NCBI GenBank assembly: GCA_964019425.1
Contig: OZ025791.1
Coordinates: forward strand, 1,364,001 to 1,428,000
DNA length: 64,000 nucleotides
Direction of reading: 5' to 3'
Origin: Flectonema sp. DT1601
Lineage: Eukaryota
Numbering within the stretch: the stretch's first letter is position 1; each line of letters opens with the position of its first letter. The notes beneath the pieces are model-generated. The model saw only the letters and a program-made list of their open reading frames with translations. It was not told the DNA's origin and searched no databases. A program made the position numbers and the translations under genes. Below, piece by piece: positions 12,701-23,864 of this stretch.

Positions 12701-14056
12701 TGAAGTACAAACAACACACACACGTCAGCCTCTATTGTGTTCTGTCTCTCCCTCTCTCCCTCTCGATAGTCAACTACTACTTATGATTACAACCTTTTCT
12801 TTATTGATCTTAATGAAAAGTTAAAGAATAACCCCTTAAGAAGGATGAAGTACAAGCAACACACACACGCACTCACGTCAGCCTCTATTGTGTTCTGTCT
12901 CTCTCCCTCTCTCGTTAGTCAACTACCACTTATGATTACAACCTTTTCTTTATTGATCTTAATGAAAAGTTAAAGAATAACCCCTTAAGAAGGATGAAGT
13001 CCCACAACAAGATCTCTTAAGCAAGTATAAAATTGATTTCGAATGAAGATGTGATTAATTTAATAATTCAAAACTAGGAACTGCAAGCAGCTAACGCAGA
13101 GGTGGGAAATCTCAGGATGGAACTTGAGAAGGTGAGAAGTGATTTGGCATCATCCCAGCAAATGGCTGCTGTAGCGGCTGTCGCTCCTGTAGCTCTCGCA
13201 GCAGTGGATCTCGCGACACCAGTTGCTGTTCCTGTTCCTGTTGCAGAAGAGGTTCCTGTTGTAGCTGACGTAGCAGCAATTGCTTCACTAGCTGCTGTTG
13301 AGCCAGTGGCGCCTACTCCAATGGCAGTCCCGGAAGTTGAGCAGTTGCCTATTGTTGCTCCACCAGTAGCAGTTGCTGCTCCTGTAGCTTTACCGGAGCC
13401 TGTCGTAGCTGAGCCAGTCCCTGTCGCACCGCCAGCACCAGTTGTTGCAGAACCAATCGCACCGCCAGCACCGGTTGTTGCACAGCCAGTAGCTGTTGCG
13501 CCACCTGCAGTTGTGGCTCAGCCAGAGCCAGTCTCACAGCCGGCCCCTATAGTTGCTGAACCAATTGTTGCGGAACCTGCACCAGTTGTTGCTGAGCCAG
13601 CTGTTTACTTGCCGCCAATTTCTTCACTTGAGGCGCAACCAGCTGCCCCGCCACCACCAGCTCCAGAACCAGTAGCTACACAAGTACCTGCACCAGTTGC
13701 TGTGCCAGTAGCTCCACCAGCACCAGAACCAGTGGCTGCGCCAGTAGCTCCACCAGTTGCTGTACCAGTAGAACCTTTTATGGTCGCCGCTCCGATCACT
13801 CAAATGGTAGAACCGGTGGAGCCACTACCAGAGAGAAGTGGTACCAACCCAGTTAGGTACTTAGATGCTACTCAAGAAAGTGAGGTGATGATCCCACAGG
13901 TATGATCAGATTCTTTTCTTTTATGGTTCACTGCTTACTAATTATCGGAAAGAAATAAGGTAAACACAACTAACAACACAGACTGAAGCACCACAACAAC
14001 CGATCGTAGCAGAAGGACAGCCTGACGGTGGATCAGCATTCTTGCTTGCTGATTAA
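9747..14056 (+). CDS. Multi-domain protein: five 'G..VEAHGL....LNG..G.V' SH3/KOW-like repeats, PH domain, coiled coil and Pro/Ala/Val-rich tail; 4 predicted exons (9747-11405, 11492-11536, 13078-13899, 13982-14056)
   Basis: Three phase-0 GT-AG introns (11406-11491, 11537-13077, 13900-13981) join ORFs 9747, 11450 (part) and 13102 in frame. PH motif CEGFLNKK..DRRWFSLRGQQLIYF..KFELKADTPAAKMNWLKAL. Confidence 0.8.
11571..13000 (+). repeat. Intronic tandem repeat, ~145-155 bp unit, ~9.5 copies
   Basis: Unit CTACTTATGATTACAACCTTTTCTTTATTGATC...GATAGTCAACTA; the AAGGATGAAGT marker occurs 10 times. Lies inside predicted intron 11537-13077. Confidence 0.97.
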
Positions 14057-16082
14057 AGAGAGAGAACTATATTACTGGTTCACAGATGACAATGTTATTT
14101 AGGCGACTGCCTTGACAAACGAAGCCGGTGAGGAGTCATATCTCTTCCTTATGTGAGGTTATGATTTTTAAAAAAACATCCAATCACAATAAAAAGATTA
14201 AAAAAAAAATATTAGTCAGGTTATCCCACGCGTACGTTGTTTTACCCACCCCTACTTTCTTCTTGATAGTTGCTTTAAGCCGCCTTTTTTTTTTTTTTTT
14301 TTTTTTTTGTTATTGTGTTTACCGCAGTTAGTGCTTCCCCGCTTAAATCAGCCACACAATAGGTAATTTTTTCAAGTTATTTTTTTGATGATAAAAAAGG
14401 AGGAGAAAATTGTCCAGGTTTTCTTTTTTGTTATTTGTTGTCACTTTTTTCAATTTTTAGACGGCAGTAGGTTTTTCTTCTCTTTTTTTTATCTTTTTTC
14501 CCCCCCTTTTTGAAAGTCTTTTCTTTTCTTAGTAATCGTGTCCAGGTTTTGTCTTTTAACGTTTTATCTTTTTTTTCTTTTCCATAGCCACATTAGTATC
14601 GCTCCCGATGCGTTTTGTACTTTTCCTAACATTATGGTATTAAGCCATTTATTTTATATATTTTATTTTTAAAAATTATCGATTTATAATAACAATAACG
14701 TTAGCAATACGTGTTTTGTTTAAAAGCAACGGGTAAGAACAGTCTGTCGCATCAGAGATTGTTTTTTTTTTTTTTTTTTTTTTTTTGTAATTCCCTCGTC
14801 ATGTGTGATCTTGTCCTTCTTTTTTTTTTTTTTTTAAATTCAGTTTTTTCTCGTCTAGAGCAGAAGGAGGAGGGGTCATCATGCTCTCTCTCTTTTTACT
14901 TTTTTTTTTTTTGATTAATTAAGTATCGTGCAGAGGCCAGGTAATATTCTGGAAGCAGTAGTGGAAAGTAAAAGGATAGATCCTGCCTGCTAACACGTTC
15001 CAGTCTTGTTCCAGGTTTGAAACCAACTAATACAGCACAGTATAAATTGTACGTATTCTTTGGGATGCTAACCAAAAAAAAAAAAAGAAAAAGAGAGGGA
15101 GAAAAAATATTTCTTCCGAAGACAGACTATTAAGAATTCTGAGCATAGCTACGACAGGTCAAAAAAGAAGCCTTTTTTGGGCTGGATCGCCTGATAACCG
15201 AAGGAAAAAAAAAAAAAGTTTTTTTTTTGAAAATAAGAAACAAAAGAATCAAAGAAGCAGCGAATAGGAACAAATCCAAGCCTCAGCAACTTGCCACTGT
15301 GATGTGTTGTTCTTATGTCGTGTTCTTCGGGGTCGTTAATGTAATTTCTCATTTATCTTTTTGCTGAGGCTTCGCTCATCACGGAATCTTTGTTCTTAGA
15401 AATGGGTGTCGAGTCGGCCCTCAAAAAAAAAAAAAAATAATAAAAAAAAACGTTTCTTGTATTCTCTGACAAATAGAAAGTTGGATATGACTAAGAAAAC
15501 AAAAAGAAGGCGAGAGGAAAAAAAAAAAAAAAAATAAAAAAAAATAAAAAAAATTTAGGCTCGCCGCGCATTTGTTTGTGACAAGTAGTGCCAACAGCCT
15601 TTCAATTTAAGCACACGAACCTCGAATCTCTGTTGTTTTGCAGAGGTAGAGAGTAGTAAGGCTCTTTAGCAGAGTCCGCCGAACCGACGTGATGCAGCCT
15701 TCAGAGTTTGAGTCTAAGATGTGAAAATATAAGGTCATTAGAGTCTGTGGGTGGGCTTAATCTTCAAACTTCTTTCTGTCGCTCACTCTGCTTTGTTTCT
15801 TGCTCTACCTCTTCTACTTTATTTTACATGGAGGGGAAAACCTTAGCAAGAAGCAAACAACTCGAACAAAAACGCAAATATGAAAAAGAGAACGAAAAAA
15901 AAAAAGAAAAAAAAGAAAAGAAGAAATAAACCAAACCCCCTCCATTGATTTGGCCACGCGGTACCTTCGACTGTGATGATTGTGTGTTATGGTGTTGGTT
16001 ATTATATTTTTATTATAAATCACAGTGACTACTCTCATGATACTAAAGCTGTTGAGTACTTCTAACATCAGAATTACTAACT

Positions 16083-17537
16083 ATGTACTCTGATCATAGA
16101 GTGACATTATTCACAGCCATGAAATGTCAAGAATGGGACAAAGTAATGACGATGCTAAACTCTAACAACGGAAAATCATTTCTCCAATTGGAAGATGGAA
16201 CTCGTCGAAGCAGTCCTTTGCATTTGGCAGTCTACTTCGGAAATGAAAAAGTTGTAAAAAAACTTTTAGATCTCGGTGCCGATATTACCAAGTTCGAATC
16301 CGGGTGCGGTAATCGAACTCTACTTCATATTGCGGCTGAGGAAGGTCATTTGGAAGTCTTATCTATACTTTTAAACCATTGCGACAGCAGCTATTTGAAT
16401 GAAATAAAAATTCAACCTGGAAAGAATCCTCGAGAAATTGCAGACCTAACTAAACACGTACGATGCTCTCACGCTCTCTCAAACTTCTTTCCTTCGAGGG
16501 AAGATGTGTTCAGCAATTATCAGCATGCTGTGTCGGCATTGGCTGAGGAATACATCAAAGTAAAAGAATCAACTTTCAACGCCTCCTCCACAGGTATAGA
16601 ACTTGCTCAGCAGGAGTTACGTTTTCCAGTAGGGAGATTGTATGGAGCGGTGCTGTTTGGAAATTTTAGAAAACTTCCATCAAATATTCCAACTGATACG
16701 TTGCAGTTAATTATTAAATCTGATTGTGGTAGGTCGATGACTTACACGTCTTCAGTTAATAATTCAGTTTACGGGATTGATATTACTCATCAGAATACTT
16801 TCTGTAGCATTGCTCTTTGTAGGACTGATTTCTGGTCAACACAACTATCACGAATTGATTACAACATTGGAAACCAACCAGATTGGTATCCTTTACCAGG
16901 TCTTGGGGGGACTGAACTTTATATCGCTTCTGCTGTTCATTCAAAACCAGATTTCGTAATGCGACACACACCTCCCAGAGTAGTGTTCTCAAAGGTTAGA
17001 ATTGTTATTGATAAGGCGATGTATTTAGAAAAGTGTTCTAATGTTGTTCAAACATACGACCCTGATGCTTATGTTGAGATTTCTGGATTACACGGACCTC
17101 CGAGAACAACATCTATTCAGAGATCGTCGTGTAATCCAAAGTGGAATGAAGTTATTGAGGTGTTGGTTTCTGATGAAACGAGAGTTGAAATTTCTATTTT
17201 TCACTCTTCTCTGTTGGGAGCTGATCGTCTTTTAGGTTCTTGTGAACTACCTGACCTACCTCGTGGTGATGAAGAGCTCTCAATTGGATCTGGAGCAGTA
17301 CTTCGTATTGTTTGGTCTCGTGATGACATATCAAACAAGAAGACTGTTCCGTGTAATGTTTGGGTTCATAAAACAGGAGAATCGATTGATGTTGAGAATG
17401 AGAAAGATGAACAACTGACATGGTCACCTGTTTCAACGAGCACATCATCGTCACCACTCGCTAGTGGTGAAGTAGTAACACCAAAGAATAGATGCTATAG
17501 AAAAAGATTATCATCTGTTAACCTGAGAAGTGATTAG
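16083..17537 (+). CDS. Ankyrin repeat and C2 domain protein
   Basis: Ankyrin motifs SPLHLAVYFGNEKVVKKLLDLGADI and TLLHIAAEEGHLEVLSILL. C2 motifs DPDAYVEI..RTTSIQRSSCNPKWNE..ISIFHSSLLGADRLLGSCEL. Confidence 0.9.
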   Translation: MYSDHRVTLFTAMKCQEWDKVMTMLNSNNGKSFLQLEDGTRRSSPLHLAVYFGNEKVVKKLLDLGADITKFESGCGNRTLLHIAAEEGHLEVLSILLNHCDSSYLNEIKIQPGKNPREIADLTKHVRCSHALSNFFPSREDVFSNYQHAVSALAEEYIKVKESTFNASSTGIELAQQELRFPVGRLYGAVLFGNFRKLPSNIPTDTLQLIIKSDCGRSMTYTSSVNNSVYGIDITHQNTFCSIALCRTDFWSTQLSRIDYNIGNQPDWYPLPGLGGTELYIASAVHSKPDFVMRHTPPRVVFSKVRIVIDKAMYLEKCSNVVQTYDPDAYVEISGLHGPPRTTSIQRSSCNPKWNEVIEVLVSDETRVEISIFHSSLLGADRLLGSCELPDLPRGDEELSIGSGAVLRIVWSRDDISNKKTVPCNVWVHKTGESIDVENEKDEQLTWSPVSTSTSSSPLASGEVVTPKNRCYRKRLSSVNLRSD

Positions 17538-17708
17538 TTCAATCGTCATCTTCAAATTTAAAAAAAATAAAATAAAAAAGAACCACTTACACCTGTTGCC
17601 ATTGATACTGATATAATCGTTTTTTTCCCTTCTTTTTCTTTTTTTTGTATTATTTATTTATGTTATTTCTTTTTTAATAAAGGAAACTCTAATAAAATCT
17701 CATTAGAT

Positions 17709-18830
17709 ATGGAAGCTCACATCCAAGGTTTACTTTTGGGATTAGAGTTGTCTGCGTCTCTAAAAATTGCGACAACAGTTCGTAAGATATTACTGAAAAT
17801 AATACAAAACCCTGGTAGTGATCGTTTCAGATCAATATCACTGAAGGCATTCAATCAACAGACTGGTGGTATTCCAACAGGAGAAGATATCATGAAAGTG
17901 GTTGGGTTTGAACATCGAGATGATCGATTGTTGTTTATGGATTCTCTTTCTCAAATTCATCAACACCACGACGTCATTGATTCCATTATACTCAGTCTCT
18001 CAACTAAACAAAAAGAGTTGAGTTCAATAATTCTAAATAACAATCACACTGCAATGATACAAAAAGAATCAAATCGACAACATCAATTTGAAGATGTTCT
18101 TGCTCTGAGCAATCTGATTGAAAATAACAAAACTCCACTGGGAGACCCTCAAAAGTTAAAAAACCTCCCAAGTCATATCCTCGAGAGGTTACATAAATTA
18201 CTAAGAAATATTGGAGAAAACCCATCTACTGACATGTACAGGACTATTAGAGTCCAGAATGTTAGTGTGAAAGAATTGCTTGAGTTCAACGAAGCTGAAG
18301 CTCAACTTAAATTGGCTGGTTTCACTCTGTTTGGTGATAGCTTAATCACAACTAGTAATCTTAATATAATCATTTCTTGTTTAAAAACTGTTGAGACATC
18401 ATTGTCAATACAAGCAGCTGAAGAACAACAGCAGTTTGAGGATACCGCAGATCAAATGCGTCAGCTTCGGTTAAAAAAACCAAAACCTGACCCTTCAGAA
18501 GCACCCTTAGGTCTTTTAGACCCTTCGATTCAAGAAGAACTAACAACCGCAATGCAGCTTGTTAACGACATCCAGGGTCTAATGGAACAAGATTACTTAT
18601 TACGTGGTGCGGTTGGGTATGAAGCGACCTATAGGAAGAATGGTAAAAAAATATTTGAAGAATTTAAGTGCCACAGATCATTTAAAATACTACACGACCT
18701 TCTTGACGAATGGACTTTGAAAGTTGAAAATACGAAGAGAGAAACAAAAAGGACGATGTTCAATACAATTCATTGTCCTCCTGATTCTGAAACTGGAAAA
18801 CCACATCCTGCTACACTTATTAATGGCTAG
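17709..18830 (+). CDS. Protein with two PUB (p97-binding) domains
   Basis: Two PUB signatures: KILLKIIQNPGSDRFRSI..DIMKVVGFE and KLLRNIGENPSTDMYRTIRVQN..LKLAGF. Confidence 0.85.
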   Translation: MEAHIQGLLLGLELSASLKIATTVRKILLKIIQNPGSDRFRSISLKAFNQQTGGIPTGEDIMKVVGFEHRDDRLLFMDSLSQIHQHHDVIDSIILSLSTKQKELSSIILNNNHTAMIQKESNRQHQFEDVLALSNLIENNKTPLGDPQKLKNLPSHILERLHKLLRNIGENPSTDMYRTIRVQNVSVKELLEFNEAEAQLKLAGFTLFGDSLITTSNLNIIISCLKTVETSLSIQAAEEQQQFEDTADQMRQLRLKKPKPDPSEAPLGLLDPSIQEELTTAMQLVNDIQGLMEQDYLLRGAVGYEATYRKNGKKIFEEFKCHRSFKILHDLLDEWTLKVENTKRETKRTMFNTIHCPPDSETGKPHPATLING

Positions 18831-18923
18831 CATTGATATAGATAGCAGTCAGTTTGTCTTGTTTGTCATATTCCTGTTGTATTAATTACATTACCATCCT
18901 ACCCTAAGACTACACTACACTAT

Positions 18924-20882
18924 ATGACGACTCAAACACCAGTTTTGTGTCAAGTGTTGTTGAGAGACATATCTGAGTTAGAATCTGATCCGTTCCAAGA
19001 AAAACTTATTCATGTTGAGATCCAAAAGGACACTCCGGTAACAATAATAGAAAAGGTTAATGTTCAACGAGGATTTCTATGTCACGTTGGAAGAATAGTT
19101 GACGGAACAGAAACAGTTAGAGGATGGTACAATGGTAGTAACCCTATGGTAATCGTCCCAGTCAGATCTGATTATATCGAAGCGGAGGACGTGAGAGCTC
19201 AAAATCCTGCTGCTCGCTTGGTAGATGCTGGCGTTCCAATCGCACACGCATTGAAATCTCTGGGACGAGCATATTGGCATGGAGGTTTTCAAGAATTCTC
19301 AGCTGCTGCTACAGATGCAAAAAAACTCGTGGAGTCTACAGGAAAGGAACCATACGGGGATCGAACCCACGTCGCCACATTGGATCAATTTGATAGTTTT
19401 GGTCCAGTTGGACCATTCCGTGATAGTGATGAAGAACTTATCCTACCTCCTCATATTGTTGGTCATCTTACTCAATTACAAGTTAGAGGTAATTGGAGTA
19501 ATTTACAAAGACTTCACACTCTGAGTGTTGAAGAACGAGCTGAGCTTCAAAGACGAGGACGAATTTGGTTTAAAAGAAAAAGTCACCTGGAGAAGGTGTC
19601 AAAGGCGGTTGTTAATGTTTTTGGATACCACGCCTCTTCAGAGATCTTAACTCCACGGGTAGGTCTTGATGGTTGTGGGGCATTTGATGAGTTTCTGGTA
19701 GACGGAAGCAACCAACGATACGAAGTGGTTTCATTCACAGCTTTCTTCGTAACACCAAAACTATTACTCACAACACGAACTTCGTGTTATAATGCAGAGA
19801 CAGAAACTTATGCATCTCATTACTTCTGGACTAATCGAGTTAGAGCTCAGCAGGGAATGCTTAGAGAAAATATTGATCTCCATCGCTGTAAAGAAGTCCA
19901 AGGAATAACAAACTTTTTAGTAAAGAAAATTAGAAACATTGGCGTCGAACTAACTGACGATAAGATCCCACCAGGATCTATGGCTGTTCCTTGGAATGAT
20001 TTAATGTTGTTAGAAGTTGATGATGACAATAAGTCACCTGTATACCTCCTTCCAGGTATTGACGATATTACAAAAGGTGATGATTTAGTTGATATCTGCT
20101 ACACCGTCAGACCAAACGACAGTTGGATTGAATCTGTTTGCGGACCTAAAGGACACGATCTTACTGCTGGTTTACGAGAACTGTCTGACAGCTTTAAAGG
20201 ATTTGATCAAAAGATAGTTTCACTCGGAACTGTAAGAGAGAACACCGACAGTGGTGTCATAACTCATAATTGCTCTCTTGCTCCCGGATCATGTGGTTCT
20301 CCGATAGTCTGTAAATTCTCACCAATTCCATGTTCTGACATCCCCTCCAATGGATACAAAGAAAATGAAGAACCAGCAACAGAGATATTAACATTTTCAG
20401 CTATAAATTGCGGCAGAAGCCGAGCAGAAATTGAACGAAAAATCAACGACATTGACAACAACAGTACCTCAAACACTGCTGCTAAGTCTGCACGCTCTTT
20501 AAATATGTATAATTGTGCCTTCGTGGTTCAACATATTAGTTTTATTCTTCTGTATCAAGAATACATTATGCCAGAGTTCGCGGGGAAGAGGGAGTATTCA
20601 TATCTTGAAAGGTTCCTTTCCCCATATAATATCTTTATAAAGCCTGACGTATTAGCAACTTGTCACAGAAAGATGTTAAAAGACGCTGAAGATCATAATG
20701 AGTGGGGTATGAGTTTCTGGGATCGACATGACATCGACACAGCGCTGTACTGTTTTAGAGAAGGTGCTAGAATGTTCTGTATTGCTACCATACCTGATAT
20801 GTCTAAAACAGAAACCACACTAAAGGACGCATTGCAATCGAATGTTTCCGCCGTTGTTATGATGAAAGTTAACTCTTTGTGA
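18924..20882 (+). CDS. Protein with degenerate trypsin-like peptidase domain and C-terminal TPR-like helix pair
   Basis: FTAFFVTPKLLLTT, WNDLMLLEVD and ITHNCSLAPGSCGSPIV follow chymotrypsin-fold motif order. C-terminal AEDHNEWGMSFW..DTALYCFREG is TPR-like. Confidence 0.7.
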   Translation: MTTQTPVLCQVLLRDISELESDPFQEKLIHVEIQKDTPVTIIEKVNVQRGFLCHVGRIVDGTETVRGWYNGSNPMVIVPVRSDYIEAEDVRAQNPAARLVDAGVPIAHALKSLGRAYWHGGFQEFSAAATDAKKLVESTGKEPYGDRTHVATLDQFDSFGPVGPFRDSDEELILPPHIVGHLTQLQVRGNWSNLQRLHTLSVEERAELQRRGRIWFKRKSHLEKVSKAVVNVFGYHASSEILTPRVGLDGCGAFDEFLVDGSNQRYEVVSFTAFFVTPKLLLTTRTSCYNAETETYASHYFWTNRVRAQQGMLRENIDLHRCKEVQGITNFLVKKIRNIGVELTDDKIPPGSMAVPWNDLMLLEVDDDNKSPVYLLPGIDDITKGDDLVDICYTVRPNDSWIESVCGPKGHDLTAGLRELSDSFKGFDQKIVSLGTVRENTDSGVITHNCSLAPGSCGSPIVCKFSPIPCSDIPSNGYKENEEPATEILTFSAINCGRSRAEIERKINDIDNNSTSNTAAKSARSLNMYNCAFVVQHISFILLYQEYIMPEFAGKREYSYLERFLSPYNIFIKPDVLATCHRKMLKDAEDHNEWGMSFWDRHDIDTALYCFREGARMFCIATIPDMSKTETTLKDALQSNVSAVVMMKVNSL

Positions 20883-21089
20883 ATGATTACTCGTTTCTGA
20901 TCTCATGCGGTTGTTACACTTACCGTTCCTTTTATTTACTATTTACCAATTTTTTAAAAAAAAAAAAACTAAATTAATTAAATCTTCACTGTGAGTGAGT
21001 TAGTAAAAGAGAGAGAGAGAGAGAGTGAATTATTTATATATTTTAATTAAATCTTCTCAGGTAGGCTCATCAAAGCAGGTTGTAATAAA

Positions 21090-22286
21090 ATGATACGTAG
21101 ATGTGTGAAACTACTACAGCAAGTAGCTGTTGACAATCCCCTGACGATACCTGATAATAATCCTTTGAACCTAATCAATACAACAGGAAATCTATTAGTC
21201 GGACAGATGACTGAACTTGATCTGAAAGGACTTCAACGGCAATATAAAAATAATGAACCAAGCTACCCTTCTCACTGGAATGTTAAACATCAATGGGGAA
21301 CTAACAAAATGGACATCAGTTGGGAAGATAAAGGATTCTGTGTCAATATAACATCAGCATTATGTCTAAATAAGAGTGATATAAGATTAAATACTCGTCT
21401 TAAAAATCGAGAATACGCCTTACACAGTAATCCAATGACAACATCATACGGAGGAAGAGGATCACCTGATCGAGAGATTATAATAAATATTTCTTTATCG
21501 GATTTGTCTGAACAAGATGAGCAACATCTTCCTTGGGAGATGATTATTTCTGCGACTATAATAGAAAGTGTACTCGTGTTGTCAAAGATGGAGATCGTAC
21601 ACAATCCAAAGACTGCTGTCCGTTTACCAATTGCGTACAGTGGACCTGCTTTAACTGAATTCCATTTAGCCTGGTCATTATCAGGAGGGAGGGGGTTTGG
21701 CTGGAATCCTATGAAAGCTGTATCTGAAAAAACAAACAGCATCAGTGACCAAGCAGCTCTTCAAAAAATAGAAATGTCTGAAGGCGATGAAGACAATAAT
21801 GAACAATATGATGACCGCGAGTGGGATTCTCTTGACATGATTGAGAAACTAGAAGTCAGTAGACAAGAACTACGTAAACTTAATCACCAACTTGAGATCT
21901 TAAAATCTGATGAGCATGGAACCTACGAAGGTTCTATTGAAGTTGAAAAATTAACTTTATCGATATCTCATTACGAAAAAGAGTACCAACTCTCAATGGA
22001 TAAGATTCGATTAAAAGACTCGCTACGACGATCGTTATTTAAATCAGCTGACCCTGGTCATCTTATAAAAGAGCGTCAACAGTTTACTTTCGCACCTGAT
22101 AAACAAATTCACAACTCTTTTGTAACATTCTCACCTGAAGCAACAGACTCACTTTATAACTTCCTCGATACGATTGCAGTCAATGATATTAATCTTATCC
22201 ACGTTGAAGAATTAGCGACTTACTTATCAGAGTACGAAATACTTCGAAAGACACACGAAATGATGGACCTGTTATCAGCTGTTTAG
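21090..22286 (+). CDS. Probable mitochondrial protein, possibly MAM33/p32 family with an internal coiled-coil insertion
   Basis: Short Arg-containing presequence MIRRCVKLLQQ. YSGP motif and C-terminal DSLYNFLDTIAVNDINLIHVEELATYLSEYE resemble the MAM33 C-terminal helices. Confidence 0.55.
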   Translation: MIRRCVKLLQQVAVDNPLTIPDNNPLNLINTTGNLLVGQMTELDLKGLQRQYKNNEPSYPSHWNVKHQWGTNKMDISWEDKGFCVNITSALCLNKSDIRLNTRLKNREYALHSNPMTTSYGGRGSPDREIIINISLSDLSEQDEQHLPWEMIISATIIESVLVLSKMEIVHNPKTAVRLPIAYSGPALTEFHLAWSLSGGRGFGWNPMKAVSEKTNSISDQAALQKIEMSEGDEDNNEQYDDREWDSLDMIEKLEVSRQELRKLNHQLEILKSDEHGTYEGSIEVEKLTLSISHYEKEYQLSMDKIRLKDSLRRSLFKSADPGHLIKERQQFTFAPDKQIHNSFVTFSPEATDSLYNFLDTIAVNDINLIHVEELATYLSEYEILRKTHEMMDLLSAV

Positions 22287-22474
22287 ATCATTGAAGGTGT
22301 ATTTATTTTTATAACTTTATTGCTATTCTTATGCACATGCGCACAAACAGAAACTTGTGAGGATGTCAGGATTCTTAGTTTACAATTTCCCTTTCAGGAT
22401 ACACAAATAAAAGAAGAAGAGAATTTTATCAATTGAATTACAATATTTTAATCAGACTTCACAAACTTCATATA

Positions 22475-23404
22475 ATGGGAGTTCAACATGATGAAGATGC
22501 CAGTGCATCGGCGCCTTCCGCGCCTCCAGCAGAGCAGGTGATGCAGGGAACTGCTTTAGAACCTGTTCAGCAGGAGACACCAGAAGTACCATCACCAGAA
22601 GTACCAGCTCCTGCTTCAGAACCTACTTCAGGACAAGTGAGTTCAAGTGATGCTGTAATCTCTGGTAGGTTTGGTATTGTAATTACTGATATTGGACTAG
22701 CTGTCACTAGAGAAATGGTCGAAGAGTTCGTTGAATTCTGTGGTGAAGTCGGACAGATTGTAATGCAAAACGACCCACAATGTGAAGGAAAACAAATGGC
22801 GATTGTCAGCTTTGACACCGCCGACGACGTAGACACCGCACTCCTCCTAACAGGAGCGATCCTTGGAGACAGTACCGTCACTATTAGTAAAATGAAAATA
22901 GTAAATACTGGACCTGATCAATATGATAAGGTAGTTGCTGGTGCTAGATCTGTTTCTGAACGAGTACAAGCAATTATTAAGGCAGGTTACATTAAAGGAG
23001 AAGCCCTAACATCTACACTAAAAGTTAAAGCTCAAGAGGTTGATGAAAAATACAACATTCGCGAACGCGCCAAGGAAGGTGGCGGTGGTATCACTGAAAA
23101 GGCCAAAGTCCTCGCGGCAACAGCCTCCAGTGTTGGTATGCATCTTGTAAGCAATCATAACGTTCCTGATATAAAAAATTGAGATACAAAAAAAAAAAAA
23201 ACAGGTTCCCAAGTAGTGTCAAAAGTAAGTAACAAGAGAGAAGTGACAGAAGAACAGAGAGAGCAGTACCAAACTGCTGGTAATCACGATTGGTATGGGA
23301 AAAAAAAAAAAAAAAAACGGACAATTTTCTTAACAACGAGTAGCTTCAACACATTAAATCAACACAGGAACCAACAGCACTTATCTTCACAGCCACAGTG
23401 GTAA
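22475..23404 (+). CDS. RRM-domain protein, 3 predicted exons (22475-23135, 23205-23292, 23368-23404)
   Basis: First ATG at 22475. RRM pattern IVITDIGLAVTREMVEEFVEFCGEV..MAIVSFDTADDVDTALLLTGAILGDSTVTI, then KAQEVDEKYNIRER. Introns GTATGC..AAAACAG (23136-23204) and GTATGG..AACACAG (23293-23367) restore frame. Confidence 0.8.
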
Positions 23405-23864
23405 ACACACAAAGCATTAACATGTTGTTGTTATTTCTTTATTTTCATTTAGTAGCTGGTTGCTATTTTTGAGTTGTTTCGCTTCAATCCGTTGAATTGT
23501 TTATTACCTGTTCTCTTTGTATGAATACAATTCACGTAACATTGAACAGCATGTATTATGTGCTGTACAGTTTGAATAATATAACAGTTTATGGGAAAAA
23601 AAAAAAAAAAAAAGAAAACCAACCCAGGCTTTATATCCTCACCGTGAATTTGAGTATTTCACAGCAAAGAATTTTTTGCATGTTTTTTTTTTGTAAATCT
23701 TTTTTTTACAATTTCTTCAGGTTTTGTGCACAAACAAGTTTCTTTTGTTTTTTTTTTCCCCTTTTCCCTATTCCCGTATTCTGTTTATAAAAACTTGAAT
23801 ATGGAGCGAGGGGATAATTAATATGATATTTGTTGTTTAATAATTAATTCATAAATAGGTGATT

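Noticed and set aside
11571..13000. Array as CRISPR or as coding sequence
   Set aside because: No unique spacers, frequent stops, and it lies within a predicted intron.
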